Shown here one piece after another: positions 48,000-57,741 of a DNA stretch of 64,000 nucleotides (position 1 is the first letter of the stretch; each line of letters opens with the position of its first letter). The position numbers were made by a program, and so were the translations under genes. Source of the DNA: Thermoproteota archaeon. GTDB lineage: Archaea; Korarchaeota; Korarchaeia; Korarchaeales; Korarchaeaceae. A model generated the notes under the pieces. That model was not told where the DNA came from. It saw nothing but the letters and a program-made list of their open reading frames with translations, and did no database searches. The stretch is from NCBI GenBank assembly GCA_027492205.1, contig JAOZFN010000007.1:187278-251277 (forward strand), given 5' to 3'.

Positions 48000-48444
48000 C
48001 TACCGTTCCCCCATTCGCTCAATCTCTCACTAACCCTAGCCCTCGTTGTGACGTAAACAGAGTAGAATGAAAGCTCAGCGTATGCGTGTCCTTCAACATA
48101 GACGATATTACCACTTACCAAATTGCGGTGATCTTTGGAAGTGACTACTTTCCAACCTGGTTTAATTATTTGTACGCTATGTCGTGTGTCGTATCTGCTC
48201 ATGAATCGATATCCTCCGGGAAATTCATAGCCCTCCACTTCAATTACAAGGGTTAGATAACCCACTTTATCCCAGTACTAGTATATTGGTGTTCTACATT
48301 GCAGCTGATAAGAGAAGGGATCCGGCACCAGATATTCGGGTTGTGTACTGTTTAAGTTGCTGTAGACGCTTTGAGTGACGGAGAGGTGGATAAAGCAAGA
48401 AGGAATACTAGAAGTGCGAGTATCAAAATCTTGGTCCTATTCAT
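47984..48444 (-). pseudogene. Decayed small secreted protein
   Basis: ATG 48444 MNRTKILILALLVFLLALSTSPSLKA (signal peptide); frameshift near 48355; internal TAG near 48279; then ORF 47984..48265. Confidence 0.6.
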
Positions 48445-48555
48445 CGAGTTTTGATTTCTAAGTGAAGTACTTTTAAGTTTAACGTCGCGCAGTGTATTTT
48501 TGGCACGACACGCGAGCAATCAAGTCTTGGTTTTTTACCATTGAATATTACACAT

Positions 48556-50211
48556 TTATAGTTTTGGAATTTTAAGTTCGAATGCGGCGACGGGCGTTTT
48601 GATCTTGTTCAGCTCCAGCACCTCCGGGTTGACCTCGCCCACAACCCCGGCGACCTCTCCTGATATGAGTATCTCAGCGGTCCTGCCCGGCAGGAGCGTC
48701 GGGTACCTAGCTGGCCTGACCTCGAACTCGACCGCCAGGTTCCTCAGGAGCGCGTAGAGGTCGGCCTGTATGTCCTCGAATCCCACCTCGCTGTCCGCTA
48801 TGGCGGCGCAGACCCTCCTCTCGTCCCTCGCTCCCGTCTCGGCAGACTCGTCGGGTATCACCACGTCGCCCACCTCGAACACCTTCTGCGGGAGGGGCGC
48901 GCCCGTGTTCCTGGCGAGGAACGCGATCACGCCCGGCAGGAGCGAGTCCCTGAGAACTGAGTAGGAGGCCGTCACTGGATTCGCCACCTCGACCACCGGG
49001 GATTCCGGCCTGAGGACCCTCTCGAACAACGCCTCCCTGCTCGTCATCACGTAGTTCAGTATCTCCTGGTAGCCCAGCCCGATCATCAGCGTCCGCACGA
49101 GGGAGGAAGCCTTCTCGATTGGGTGTCTGCAGCCGAATGTGGATACCCAGGCGGGGAGTTCTGGCTCGAGCCTGTCATAGCCTACGGCCTGCGCGACCTC
49201 CTCTACCACATCGACCGGGTGGAGGAAGTCGAACCTGTAGGGAGGGATCAGCACCCTCACCGAGTCCCCCTTAACCTCCGCCCCCAGTCTGACCCTCCTC
49301 AGCAGGTCAGCGATCTCCTCCGGAGTCAGGTTGAGGCCCATCACGGAGTTCACGTACTTCACCTCCACCGTCAGCTCCGACGTGGAGAGGTCGGGCGTGA
49401 TCAGCTCCCCTGGCTCTCCCGGATATCTGACCACTACCGTCCCTATCCTGCCCCCCCTCTCGGCCAGCGCCGTGGTGATCAGCACGAGGGCCTGCGAGAT
49501 GGCCCTCAGGTCGGGGCCCGTCACGTCGATGAACAGGTTCCGCGTGGACTCGGTCACCCTCGTCAGCTCCCCGTTCAGGATGGGCGGAACCGAGAGGACG
49601 TCGCCCTTCGAGTCGCGGAGCACGGGGACCACCGAGCCATCGCCAACCAGGTGAGTGTACTCCCTGCCCTTCTCGGTCCGGCTGAGCATCTCCCTCGCCG
49701 TCATCTCCTCCGCCTCTCCGAGAGGAACGAACCTCACTCGGTCCGAGGGCTCTGCACCGTAGGAGATGGGGGGCTCGATCACGTCGGCGTTGTGGATCCC
49801 CATTGACATCTTTCGCCTGTCCCTCCCCAGCGTCTGGTGGAGCTTCTCCTGAGCCCTCATAAGCGCCACCAGGGCATCCTCGTCGAGTTCCACACCCTCC
49901 ACGACGGCGCCAACCACGTACGGCCTTACCCGCTCGACCGAGGGGTCCACGCGGACCTTCCATCCGGAGTCGAAGGTGTCGTACCTTGGGAGCCCCGCCT
50001 CCTTGCCCATGATGCCCTTCAGCGCCCTCGCAATCCCCTCCACGGTCACGAGGTCAAGCCTGTCGGGCGTCACCTCCAGTTCGAGCTCCCCCTCCTCCTC
50101 GCCCTCGAAGCCCACCTTCACCCGCGCCAGGAGGTCCCCGAGGGACTCCATCGGGATGGGTTCTCCCACGAGCTTGCACAGGTCCGAGTAACTGACCGAT
50201 ATCACGGGCAT
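48556..50211 (-). CDS. pheT: Phenylalanine--tRNA ligase beta subunit
   Basis: PDRLDL...EGIARAL, RPYV, QEKLH..LGR.R, PPYRFD.LH.VD.VEEVA, LR.SLLPG. Confidence 0.96.
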   Translation of the reverse strand: MPVISVSYSDLCKLVGEPIPMESLGDLLARVKVGFEGEEEGELELEVTPDRLDLVTVEGIARALKGIMGKEAGLPRYDTFDSGWKVRVDPSVERVRPYVVGAVVEGVELDEDALVALMRAQEKLHQTLGRDRRKMSMGIHNADVIEPPISYGAEPSDRVRFVPLGEAEEMTAREMLSRTEKGREYTHLVGDGSVVPVLRDSKGDVLSVPPILNGELTRVTESTRNLFIDVTGPDLRAISQALVLITTALAERGGRIGTVVVRYPGEPGELITPDLSTSELTVEVKYVNSVMGLNLTPEEIADLLRRVRLGAEVKGDSVRVLIPPYRFDFLHPVDVVEEVAQAVGYDRLEPELPAWVSTFGCRHPIEKASSLVRTLMIGLGYQEILNYVMTSREALFERVLRPESPVVEVANPVTASYSVLRDSLLPGVIAFLARNTGAPLPQKVFEVGDVVIPDESAETGARDERRVCAAIADSEVGFEDIQADLYALLRNLAVEFEVRPARYPTLLPGRTAEILISGEVAGVVGEVNPEVLELNKIKTPVAAFELKIPKL

Positions 50212-50212
50212 G

Positions 50213-51721
50213 CTACCACCTCGCCGGGAACTCCCTGAGGAACTGGAGATCCTGGCTGTGCAGGTCCCTGATGTCCTCTATGCCGAGCCTCACCATCGCC
50301 AGCCTACCTATCCCGATCCCCCAGGCCAGAGCCTGGACCCTCGGGTACTCGTAGCCCAGCGGGATGAGGACCTCCGGCCTGAACAGACCCGACCCCGCGA
50401 TCTCTATCCACCCCAGCTCGGGGTGCTTGACGTAGGCCTCGACGCTCGGCTCCGTGAACGGGAAGTAGGCTGGCTTGAAGGCCACCTCGTCGAACCCCAG
50501 CTTGTTGGCGAACTCCCTCAGGTACCCGAGGAGGTGCCTCACGGTCAGCCCCTCGGCCAGAACCACACCCTCGCACTGGTGGAACTCCATGGAGTGGGTC
50601 CTGTCGAGGGCCTCAGGTCGGAAGACCCGGTCGATGACGAATATCTTCAGCGGCAGCTCCTTCCTGCTTGCCAGCGTCCTTGCGGAGGCTGAGGTCGTCT
50701 GAGATCTGAGCATCAGCCTCATGGCCGTGTCGAAGCTCCACCGATACCTCCAGCCCGTGGAGCCGGTCCTCCACCCGTCCTCGTGGGTCCTCCTGACCCT
50801 CTCGACCAGGGACTCGTCCGGGGTCCTCGGGGCGCGTGAGGGATACGCCAGCGCGTAGGAGTCGTGGACCTCCCTGGCAGGGTGATCTTGAGCCTGGAAC
50901 AGGACGTCGAAGTTCCAGAACTCCATCTCCACGATGGGGCTCTTCACCTCCTCGAAGCCCATCCCTATCAGGATCTCTCTGACCTCCTCCAGGAACTGGA
51001 CGTACGGATGGGACTTGCCGGGGTACACGGTGGGGGGTGGGAGAGTCACGTCGTAGGACTTGAGCCTGACGTTCCTCCAGGCGCCGGTCTCGATCAGCTC
51101 CCTGGTGAGCTTCGCCACCTCTATCGCCACAGGCACCTCGCCGCGTGCCACGCGGAGGCCGTCCTCCGTCAGGCTGATCGTGAACTGCGCCTGCTCCTCC
51201 TCCCTCACGAGCCCCCTAGACCTCAGCCTCTTGACCACCTCCTCCGGCACGTGCTCCCCGGCGGCAGCGGCCCTCAGCGCCTCGGTCAGAGGAACCTCTT
51301 CCGGAGCCTTAGTCAGCCCGACGACGGTCTCACCGTCCACCTTCTGGAAGGAGATCCAGCCCGCCCTCTTGGCCTCGCCAAGGGCCGCGTCCAACTCCGC
51401 CTTGTCGGCGAAGAGGCCGGACTCCCTCACGACCCTGAGCGGGGCCGAGCCGCCTGACGATCTGAGCAGACTCAGGAGGCGCTCCTCCGGTAAACCATGA
51501 TCCAGGGCCTCCCGACCTCTCTCGGTGAGCCTGAGAACCTTCTTCACGCGCCTCTTGACGCGGACAAGGCCCTTGTCCGAGAGCAGGGAGGCGAGGGCCA
51601 GGGCCGCGCTTCGGTCCATGGGCAGCCGGTCGACGTCCGACTCGCTCCCCAGGTCGGCTAGGAGCCTGAGCAGCCTGAGCTCTCCCTCCGTTAGCGGGAC
51701 TTCGCTAACCAAGGACATCAC
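50213..51721 (-). CDS. pheS: Phenylalanine--tRNA ligase alpha subunit
   Basis: FWNFDVLFQAQDHPARE.HD, FRPEALD.TH..EFHQ.EG, YFPFTEPS, G.FRPEV, AWG.GI.R. Confidence 0.97.
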   Translation of the reverse strand: MMSLVSEVPLTEGELRLLRLLADLGSESDVDRLPMDRSAALALASLLSDKGLVRVKRRVKKVLRLTERGREALDHGLPEERLLSLLRSSGGSAPLRVVRESGLFADKAELDAALGEAKRAGWISFQKVDGETVVGLTKAPEEVPLTEALRAAAAGEHVPEEVVKRLRSRGLVREEEQAQFTISLTEDGLRVARGEVPVAIEVAKLTRELIETGAWRNVRLKSYDVTLPPPTVYPGKSHPYVQFLEEVREILIGMGFEEVKSPIVEMEFWNFDVLFQAQDHPAREVHDSYALAYPSRAPRTPDESLVERVRRTHEDGWRTGSTGWRYRWSFDTAMRLMLRSQTTSASARTLASRKELPLKIFVIDRVFRPEALDRTHSMEFHQCEGVVLAEGLTVRHLLGYLREFANKLGFDEVAFKPAYFPFTEPSVEAYVKHPELGWIEIAGSGLFRPEVLIPLGYEYPRVQALAWGIGIGRLAMVRLGIEDIRDLHSQDLQFLREFPARW

Positions 51722-51746
51722 CCCTGAAGACAGGCGTTCGCGACGC

Positions 51747-51853
51747 GGGAGGGGACGAGGGCGTTCCGCCCGCGATAGGAGAAGGACCGAACTCGGTCGG
51801 GTGGAGCGGGCCGATCAGGGCCGGGTAAATTGGCAGGACATCCCCTCCTCCCC
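51747..51853 (-). promoter_or_regulatory. Candidate structured 5' leader of pheST
   Basis: 10-bp closing stem enclosing three hairpins; TATA-like CTTAATTA at 51886-51879. Confidence 0.4.
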
Positions 51854-51881
51854 AGCTCGGCGAGGTCTACCCCGGACCTAA

Positions 51882-52988
51882 TTAAGCCTTTGGGACGCGC
51901 CCTGCCAGCCTGCTCAGCCTCTCGAGCACCTTTCTCCTCTCGCCCTCGGGGAGGTCCGAACCCCTGATCAGCTCGGTCAGGAATTCTATGGCACGGTCCA
52001 TCCTCCTCACGTCTACCGGGAAGGGTACGCCGTCCTTCCCGCCGAACGCGAACGAGTACCTGATCGGATCTTTCTTGCTCGGCTCGGCTCCCTCGATAAG
52101 CTCTGCCAGAAGCGCAAGGACCCTGATAGTTGCCGGTCCCACGCCGCGGACCTCGACGAGTTCCTCGTACGTGGAGACGGACCTCTCGTAGGCCCTCCTA
52201 AGGGCGGACCAATCGACTCTCCTCGGCATGACGAGGACGGGAACCCCCCTCTCCTCTCCCAGGTACCTCGAGAGGGGCCCGACCGCGGCCTCCCTAAGCA
52301 TCCTAGAGAGTCTCTCCGGGCCCTCCATCACCAGGTCCACGGAGGCCCTCCTGGCCTCCTCGCTCTCCCTAGCGGTCATGTCGAGCACGGCCGGCTCTCT
52401 CCTCTCGCCGGCGATGCCCGAGTGCGGCTCCACGACGAAGCTGGAGACCCTCTCCCCGAGCCAGTGGTACCTCCTGGCCAGCCTCCTCTTCGGGTTCATC
52501 CCCTGCTGGATGACCGCCCACGACCCCTCCTCCGAGACCACGAGGGCGTGGTGGTAGATCCGGTAACCGTCCTGCAGGACGCCGTTGTCCACCTTTGCCG
52601 ACATCCTGCTGGCCCTCCCCAGGCTCTGAACGGTCGAGTCCGGGAGGTCAAGCCTCTCCGCCACCCTTCGAACCTCCTCGGGAACCCTCATGGAGGCCCT
52701 CCCCTTCCCGCCCAGCACCAGAACCCCGAGCTCACGCTCCTCAAGCGCCTCCCTGAGGGCGGCGGTCGCGACGGTGGTCACGCCGGAGGAGTGCCAGTCG
52801 TAGCCCAGAGCGCACCCGAATGCCTGAAACCACACCGGATCTGAGAGCCTCCTCAGGAGTTCGAGCCTGCCGTACTCGCGCACGATCGCCTCTGAGACCA
52901 ATCCAGCCAGCCTCTTCATCCTCATGAAGAGCCAGCGAGGAGCCCTCCCAACGTGGAGTGGGAGTACCGCCTCTCCCGTCCTCCTCAA
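51882..52988 (-). CDS. DUF763 domain protein
   Basis: LPLH.G.AP.WLF.RM, RLSDP.WFQA.GC.LG.DWHSSG.TT, AKVDN...[25 protein letters not shown]. Confidence 0.9.
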   Translation of the reverse strand: MRRTGEAVLPLHVGRAPRWLFMRMKRLAGLVSEAIVREYGRLELLRRLSDPVWFQAFGCALGYDWHSSGVTTVATAALREALEERELGVLVLGGKGRASMRVPEEVRRVAERLDLPDSTVQSLGRASRMSAKVDNGVLQDGYRIYHHALVVSEEGSWAVIQQGMNPKRRLARRYHWLGERVSSFVVEPHSGIAGERREPAVLDMTARESEEARRASVDLVMEGPERLSRMLREAAVGPLSRYLGEERGVPVLVMPRRVDWSALRRAYERSVSTYEELVEVRGVGPATIRVLALLAELIEGAEPSKKDPIRYSFAFGGKDGVPFPVDVRRMDRAIEFLTELIRGSDLPEGERRKVLERLSRLAGRVPKA

Positions 52989-53029
52989 GCTACGCGATCA
53001 GACCCTCTGAGGAGCCTTAACCCCTTCGG

Positions 53030-54040
53030 TCAGGGGGCGGGCCTCAAGACGTACACGTTGTCCCTGTCCCTGAGCACGACGGCCCTGACCTCCGATCCCG
53101 TAGGATAGGCCTCCGCGTTGACCAGAGTCACCGCCCTCCCCCTCGCGACTCCGAGGGCCTCCCCCCTCCTCCAGCCGGGCCCGACGACCCTCACGGTCAC
53201 CTTCTCGCCGACCCTCATGGTCTTCGGCAGGCTCCTGGAGGGCCTGATGTTGAAGTCCTCACGCGTCAGCACCAGCCTCACACCGTACTCCTCCTCCCAC
53301 CTCCTCAGGGCGGCGTAGAACCTTGACCAGGGCATGGGCCTTACGCCCCTCGGCCGCCTGCCGTGCCTGTGGGCCTCGTACTTCTGTATCCCCAGCGGGG
53401 GCCACCTCTTCCCGGCACCGATGTCCAGGGCGAACTCTATGATCTCTGGAATGTCCTCGTCGTTGAGACCGGGCACCCACACTGGAGCTATCAGCAGGTC
53501 CACCTCGCTCTCGGCGAGCCTCCTGGCGAACTCCTTCACCCTCTCCACATCGTATGCGGGGGTGCCCGAGAGAGCTCGGGCCTTCTCCGGGTTCAGGCTG
53601 TCTATGCTTAGGTTGACCCTGTCGAGGCCTGATTCCTCGAGCCTCGGAACGTCTTCCGGCCCCAGGAGGGCCCCGTGGGTCTGGACCGAGACCACCGAGA
53701 CCTGGGGGTGCTCCTTGAGCCTCCGGAACAGCTCCGTGACCTTTGGGTAGACGAACGGATCGCCAACGGTGTCCACGTGGGCCTCCAGGTCGCTAACGCC
53801 CTTGTAGACGGCCACCTCGTCAAACCACTGGAGCAGGTAATCCATGTCCACGAGATACTCCGCCAGTCTGGTCCTGCTGCGGGGCCCGGCGTCGGTGGAG
53901 CAGAAGACGCACGAGAGGACGCAGGCGCTGGAGGGCCTCACCTGAATCAGGGTCGTCCCCCTGTCTATCAGGCCGAGGGCCACTGTCCCGATCAGGGGGA
54001 CCGCCGCGTCCTGCGGAATCCTGACCAGCGCCCGGGGCAC
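53030..54040 (-). CDS. Radical SAM protein with C-terminal TRAM-like domain (COG2100-like)
   Basis: PLIG....G.IDRGT..IQVRP...CVLSCVFCSTD.G, LIAPVW.PG.ND, GIQKY; start set at GTG 54040. Confidence 0.88.
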   Translation of the reverse strand: MPRALVRIPQDAAVPLIGTVALGLIDRGTTLIQVRPSSACVLSCVFCSTDAGPRSRTRLAEYLVDMDYLLQWFDEVAVYKGVSDLEAHVDTVGDPFVYPKVTELFRRLKEHPQVSVVSVQTHGALLGPEDVPRLEESGLDRVNLSIDSLNPEKARALSGTPAYDVERVKEFARRLAESEVDLLIAPVWVPGLNDEDIPEIIEFALDIGAGKRWPPLGIQKYEAHRHGRRPRGVRPMPWSRFYAALRRWEEEYGVRLVLTREDFNIRPSRSLPKTMRVGEKVTVRVVGPGWRRGEALGVARGRAVTLVNAEAYPTGSEVRAVVLRDRDNVYVLRPAP

Positions 54041-54093
54041 CTGGTCGGAGGGCGGCGAGGAGAATATATCGGCTCTCCGGCGCGGCACACCCG

Positions 54094-54762
54094 ATGGTCG
54101 GCACCCTCCGGATACTGGCGGCGGTGGACATACACGGGAGGCCACAGGCGATACTCTCGGCCCTGGCCGAGGAGAGCCCCGACCTCGTCCTGCTGTCCGG
54201 CGACCTGACGAATGCCGGGGACCTTCAGGACATCGAGGAGGTCCTCGAGTACTTCGAGGGGTTCCCCACCCTGTTCGTGCCGGGAAACATGGATCCCCCC
54301 GAGCTCCTCAGCGTGGAGAGAATTGGCTCGGCGGAGAACGTCCATGGAAAGGCCGTGAGCGTTCACGGGATCTCGATCGGGGGCGTCGGTGGGGCGAACC
54401 CAGGACCCTTCTCCACGCCGATAGAGCTGGGCGAGGATCAGATCTGGGGCCTGCTCCGGGGCCTGGGGAGGGTAGACATCCTGCTGTCCCACGCGCCGCC
54501 CCACGGCACGACCCTCGACATCCCACGCGCCGGCGGCCACGCGGGGTCCAAGTCAGTCCGAAGGTACATAGAGGAGTTCCAGCCCCTCCTGTGCGTCTGC
54601 GGGCACATACACGAGTCTGCGGGCATGGAGAGGCTGGGGAGGACGCTTGCGGTGAACCCCGGACCGGCGAGTAGGGGGATGTACTGCTCGGTCAGGCTGA
54701 GGGAGGGCGAGATCGCAGAGGTCAAGGTGTCGAGGGCCGGGAGACCCGGGTTCACCTTCTGA
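54094..54762 (+). CDS. Metallophosphoesterase (Icc-like, COG2129)
   Basis: DIHG, GDLT, PGNMD, SHAPP, CGHIHE, VNPG. Confidence 0.92.
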   Translation: MVGTLRILAAVDIHGRPQAILSALAEESPDLVLLSGDLTNAGDLQDIEEVLEYFEGFPTLFVPGNMDPPELLSVERIGSAENVHGKAVSVHGISIGGVGGANPGPFSTPIELGEDQIWGLLRGLGRVDILLSHAPPHGTTLDIPRAGGHAGSKSVRRYIEEFQPLLCVCGHIHESAGMERLGRTLAVNPGPASRGMYCSVRLREGEIAEVKVSRAGRPGFTF

Positions 54763-54777
54763 GCGGGTGATTAGGGA

Positions 54778-55482
54778 ATGAGTCGCGCCGTCCTTGTGGA
54801 CATGTGGGGGACCATAATCGAGCCCGCGAGGCCCCGCAGAGACTTCAGGGTGGCTCGCGTCAGGGGCCTCCTGCTGGCCTCGGGCGTGGAGCCCACGTCT
54901 GAGGTCCTGGAGAGGGCGGTCGCCGAGTACGAGCGGCACTGGGACGCGCTTTGGGTAGAGCGAACAACGAGGCTGGTGGAGATCCCGGCCGAGGAGGACA
55001 TCCGCGCATTCCTCAGGACCGTCGGGGTCGACTCCGAGGTCACCGAGGCCCACCTGAGGGCCTACTCGGCGCCGTACCTGGAGTTCACGAGAATCAGGAG
55101 GGGAGTCGAGCGGGCCCTCAGGGAGCTGAGCGGGAGGTACGGGCTGGCCGTGGTCTCGAACGTGACCTACGGGCCGATGGTGGTCGAGAAGCTCGGGATG
55201 CACGGGCTCCTAGACTACTTCGACGAGGTGGTTACCTCCTACGACGTGGGCCTCAGGAAGCCGCACCCTGAGATATTCGGCCGCGCCTTGGAGTCCCTAG
55301 GCGCAGAGCCCTCGGAGGCCGTCATGGTCGGAGACGAGCTGGTCGACGACGTGATCGGGGCCAGGTCCGCGGGGGTGAGGGCCATACTGCTTGGGCCCCC
55401 AGGCTCGGATCACGGGGCCGCCGACGCGGTGATCCGAGAGTTCGGGGAGGTTCCCAGAGCCGTCCAGTCGGTGCTAGGCTAG
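54778..55482 (+). CDS. HAD-family hydrolase
   Basis: DMWGT, VVSN, KPHPEIF, MVGDELVDD..GA..AG. Confidence 0.9.
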   Translation: MSRAVLVDMWGTIIEPARPRRDFRVARVRGLLLASGVEPTSEVLERAVAEYERHWDALWVERTTRLVEIPAEEDIRAFLRTVGVDSEVTEAHLRAYSAPYLEFTRIRRGVERALRELSGRYGLAVVSNVTYGPMVVEKLGMHGLLDYFDEVVTSYDVGLRKPHPEIFGRALESLGAEPSEAVMVGDELVDDVIGARSAGVRAILLGPPGSDHGAADAVIREFGEVPRAVQSVLG

Positions 55483-55509
55483 CCGCGCGTGGCTCGAGGG
55501 CCGCGAGGG

Positions 55510-56412
55510 TCACAGGAAGGCGGCCAGGATCGACAGAGTGAGGGCGGACCCGAGGGTCGACAGGACTATGGCCGACGCGACCGCCTCCACGTCCAGCCCG
55601 AACTTGTCGGCCACCACGAAGTTGGTGACGGCCAGCGGGGCGGCCGACAGGAGCAGGGTGCATCCCAGCTGAACTCCGCCCAAACCGAGGGCCCTCGCAG
55701 TCGCGTATGCGATGGCGGGAAGCGCGAGGAGTTTGTAGGCCGAGACTACCACCGGTCTGGAGAGTTCCTCTCCGATGCCCCGCGCCTGGAGGAAGGCCCC
55801 CAGGGCGAACAGGGCGGTGGGCGAGGCCGATCGACCCAGCGCCTGCAGGGGGTAGAGGACCAGCTCCGGCAAGCGCACGTTGAGCGTCGAGAGCGCGAGC
55901 CCCACGGCGGCCGCCCAGAACAGCGGAACTCTGGCCACCCTCGCCGCGGCGTCCCGCGCGTTCGCCTCCCCCGACGATGCTACCTGGGCCAGCGAGAGGC
56001 CCACCGAGAGCATGACGGCCAGGTGTGTGGAGGCTATCCCGGCGGCCAGGAACAGGCCCTCCTCTCCGAAGGCCCTCTCGGCCAGCGGGAATCCCATGTA
56101 CACGACGTTTCCGAAGCTTCCAGAGAAGACCAGCGTGGCGGCCAGGGAGCCGTCTAGCCTGAGGGCCTTCGCGGCCAGTAGGGCCAGGATCATCGAGACC
56201 ACAAGGTAGACCGCGTTCACGGCTATCATAGCCCCCAGACCTGAGAGGGGTCTAGTCGCCAGGCTAGCGAGCATGAGGGCCGGAAACGCCACGTAGTAGG
56301 CGTAGTCGTTCAGGGCAGAGACCCACGCGTCTCCGGCGAGTCCGATCCTTGAGAGTACCCAGCCGACGGCTATGAGGGAGAACACCGGCACTACCAGCTC
56401 AATTGGGCTCAT
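55510..56412 (-). CDS. AEC (auxin efflux carrier) family transporter
   Basis: About 10 TM helices; YVAFPAL, FGNVVYMGFPL, PTALFALG, YKLL..P, AAP.AV. Confidence 0.9.
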   Translation of the reverse strand: MSPIELVVPVFSLIAVGWVLSRIGLAGDAWVSALNDYAYYVAFPALMLASLATRPLSGLGAMIAVNAVYLVVSMILALLAAKALRLDGSLAATLVFSGSFGNVVYMGFPLAERAFGEEGLFLAAGIASTHLAVMLSVGLSLAQVASSGEANARDAAARVARVPLFWAAAVGLALSTLNVRLPELVLYPLQALGRSASPTALFALGAFLQARGIGEELSRPVVVSAYKLLALPAIAYATARALGLGGVQLGCTLLLSAAPLAVTNFVVADKFGLDVEAVASAIVLSTLGSALTLSILAAFL

Positions 56413-56429
56413 GGGAGGGCTCCGGATCC
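56395..56429. repeat. Direct repeat copy A (5' end of the AEC gene)
   Basis: cagctcaattgggctcatgggagggctccggatcc; 31/35 positions match 57612-57645. Confidence 0.8.
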
Positions 56430-56583
56430 GCTAGCCCGGCACAGTTTTATTTTGAGGGGACTCGGGTGGGAATTTAGAGACGGCCAGACTGGGGCCAGTC
56501 TGAGCATCCGCCGGCTCGGGGGCCTGGGTAACACCGTTAATCCGCCGCGCCTCTTTTATATTAACAAACTGAATAATTGCTCA

Positions 56584-56892
56584 ATGTCAACCATAACGGT
56601 GCCGGACGAGCTGAGGAGGCGCGTCAAGAGGCTCGCCTCCCTTCTGGACGTACCGCAGCACAAAGTCTTGGAGATGCTCCTAGACCTCTTTGAGCGGGAC
56701 CTGATTGAAGAGCACGCCCCCGAGGTGAGCCCTGAGATCAGAGGGGAGCTGGAGAGGGCCAGGAACCTTGTAGAGTCTGAAGACCCAGCCTGGGCGGAGA
56801 GGTCGCGTAGGCTTGAGCAGGCCGCGGCCAGCGGGCTGACCCCGGCCCTCTTCAGGGGGAGGTGGGGGGTTGAGCTCGAGAGTAATGCTTGA
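56584..56892 (+). CDS. Putative antitoxin (RHH/CopG-like N-terminus)
   Basis: ATG 56584 about 25 nt after TTTTATATT; MSTITVPDELRRRVKRLA; overlaps the PIN gene. Confidence 0.75.
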   Translation: MSTITVPDELRRRVKRLASLLDVPQHKVLEMLLDLFERDLIEEHAPEVSPEIRGELERARNLVESEDPAWAERSRRLEQAAASGLTPALFRGRWGVELESNA

Positions 56893-57283
56893 CAGCACCG
56901 CCTTCAGGGAGAGGTCCTTCCTAGCGTGGCTCAGGTTGAACTCTGAGCGAATCAGCGTCTACGTCAGCCCCCTGGTCTACGCTGAGACGGCCCTCTGGTA
57001 CATCTACTCGGGGCTGAGCGCCGAGGATCTGGAGGAGGACCTCAAGGCGCTGAGGGCCGAGGTCCCGTCGATATCGAGGGAGGCGGCCAGGATGGCGGCG
57101 GAGGCGGCCTACGACAACAGGAGGAGGCTGCCCTTCAGGCACCACGCCAGGGACTACATCGTCGGGGCGCAGGCCGTCCTCCTCAAGGCTGACATAATCA
57201 CGCACAACAGGGGGCACTTTGGTTGGGTAAAGGGAGTTAGAGTGTTGACACCCTGGGAGTTTGTAGACATTTTCGTGAGCTGA
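56870..57283 (+). CDS. vapC: PIN-domain toxin (VapC-like)
   Basis: VMLDST, VSPLVYAE, RDYIVGA.A, IITHN..HF. Confidence 0.85.
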   Translation: MSSRVMLDSTAFRERSFLAWLRLNSERISVYVSPLVYAETALWYIYSGLSAEDLEEDLKALRAEVPSISREAARMAAEAAYDNRRRLPFRHHARDYIVGAQAVLLKADIITHNRGHFGWVKGVRVLTPWEFVDIFVS

Positions 57284-57611
57284 GAGCCGCTGTTTGAAGT
57301 GACGCGCGTCGTGGGAGGTTCTGTCAGGTCAGGAGGGCGGTGTTCCAGTTCACAGAGGAGATCGTGAACAGGAGTCCAGAGCCCTACGCTGGCGGCCCCT
57401 GAGCGTTCGCACCTCAGGACCAAATACGGGCGTTTTGGGAGGAGTCAGGGACCCTTCCCACATGACGGTCTGAGGCCACTCTCTGGTTAAGCTACCCTTG
57501 GAATCAAGTGTAGATTTGCGAGAGAGCGGTGTTGATCCAGCTCCCGGCCGCTCGAGCGCAAGAAGGATGCCTCTTGCACTTTGAGAGGTTGGTAATGTGA
57601 ATCGTGCGCGT

Positions 57612-57645
57612 CAGCTCAACCGGGCTCATGGGGGGCTCCGGGTCC
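57612..57645. repeat. Direct repeat copy B (orphan copy of the AEC 5' end)
   Basis: cagctcaaccgggctcatggggggctccgggtcc. Confidence 0.8.
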
Positions 57646-57741
57646 ACCGGCTCGACTCATCCTCATGCAGGATGGTCTCCGATGATAGCCTCGAGCAGGC
57701 CGAGTTGAGTTGAGCGAGTGTTGGATTTCCAGACCCGAAGC

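Noticed and set aside
51800-51870. TPP riboswitch or SRP/RNase P identity for the pheS leader (contains CCTGATC)
   Set aside because: Lacks the CUGAGA and downstream TPP consensus and the SRP/RNase P signature sequences
57284-57610. Possible gene or integrase remnant after vapC
   Set aside because: Only short frames with no recognisable motif; cannot be supported without a search
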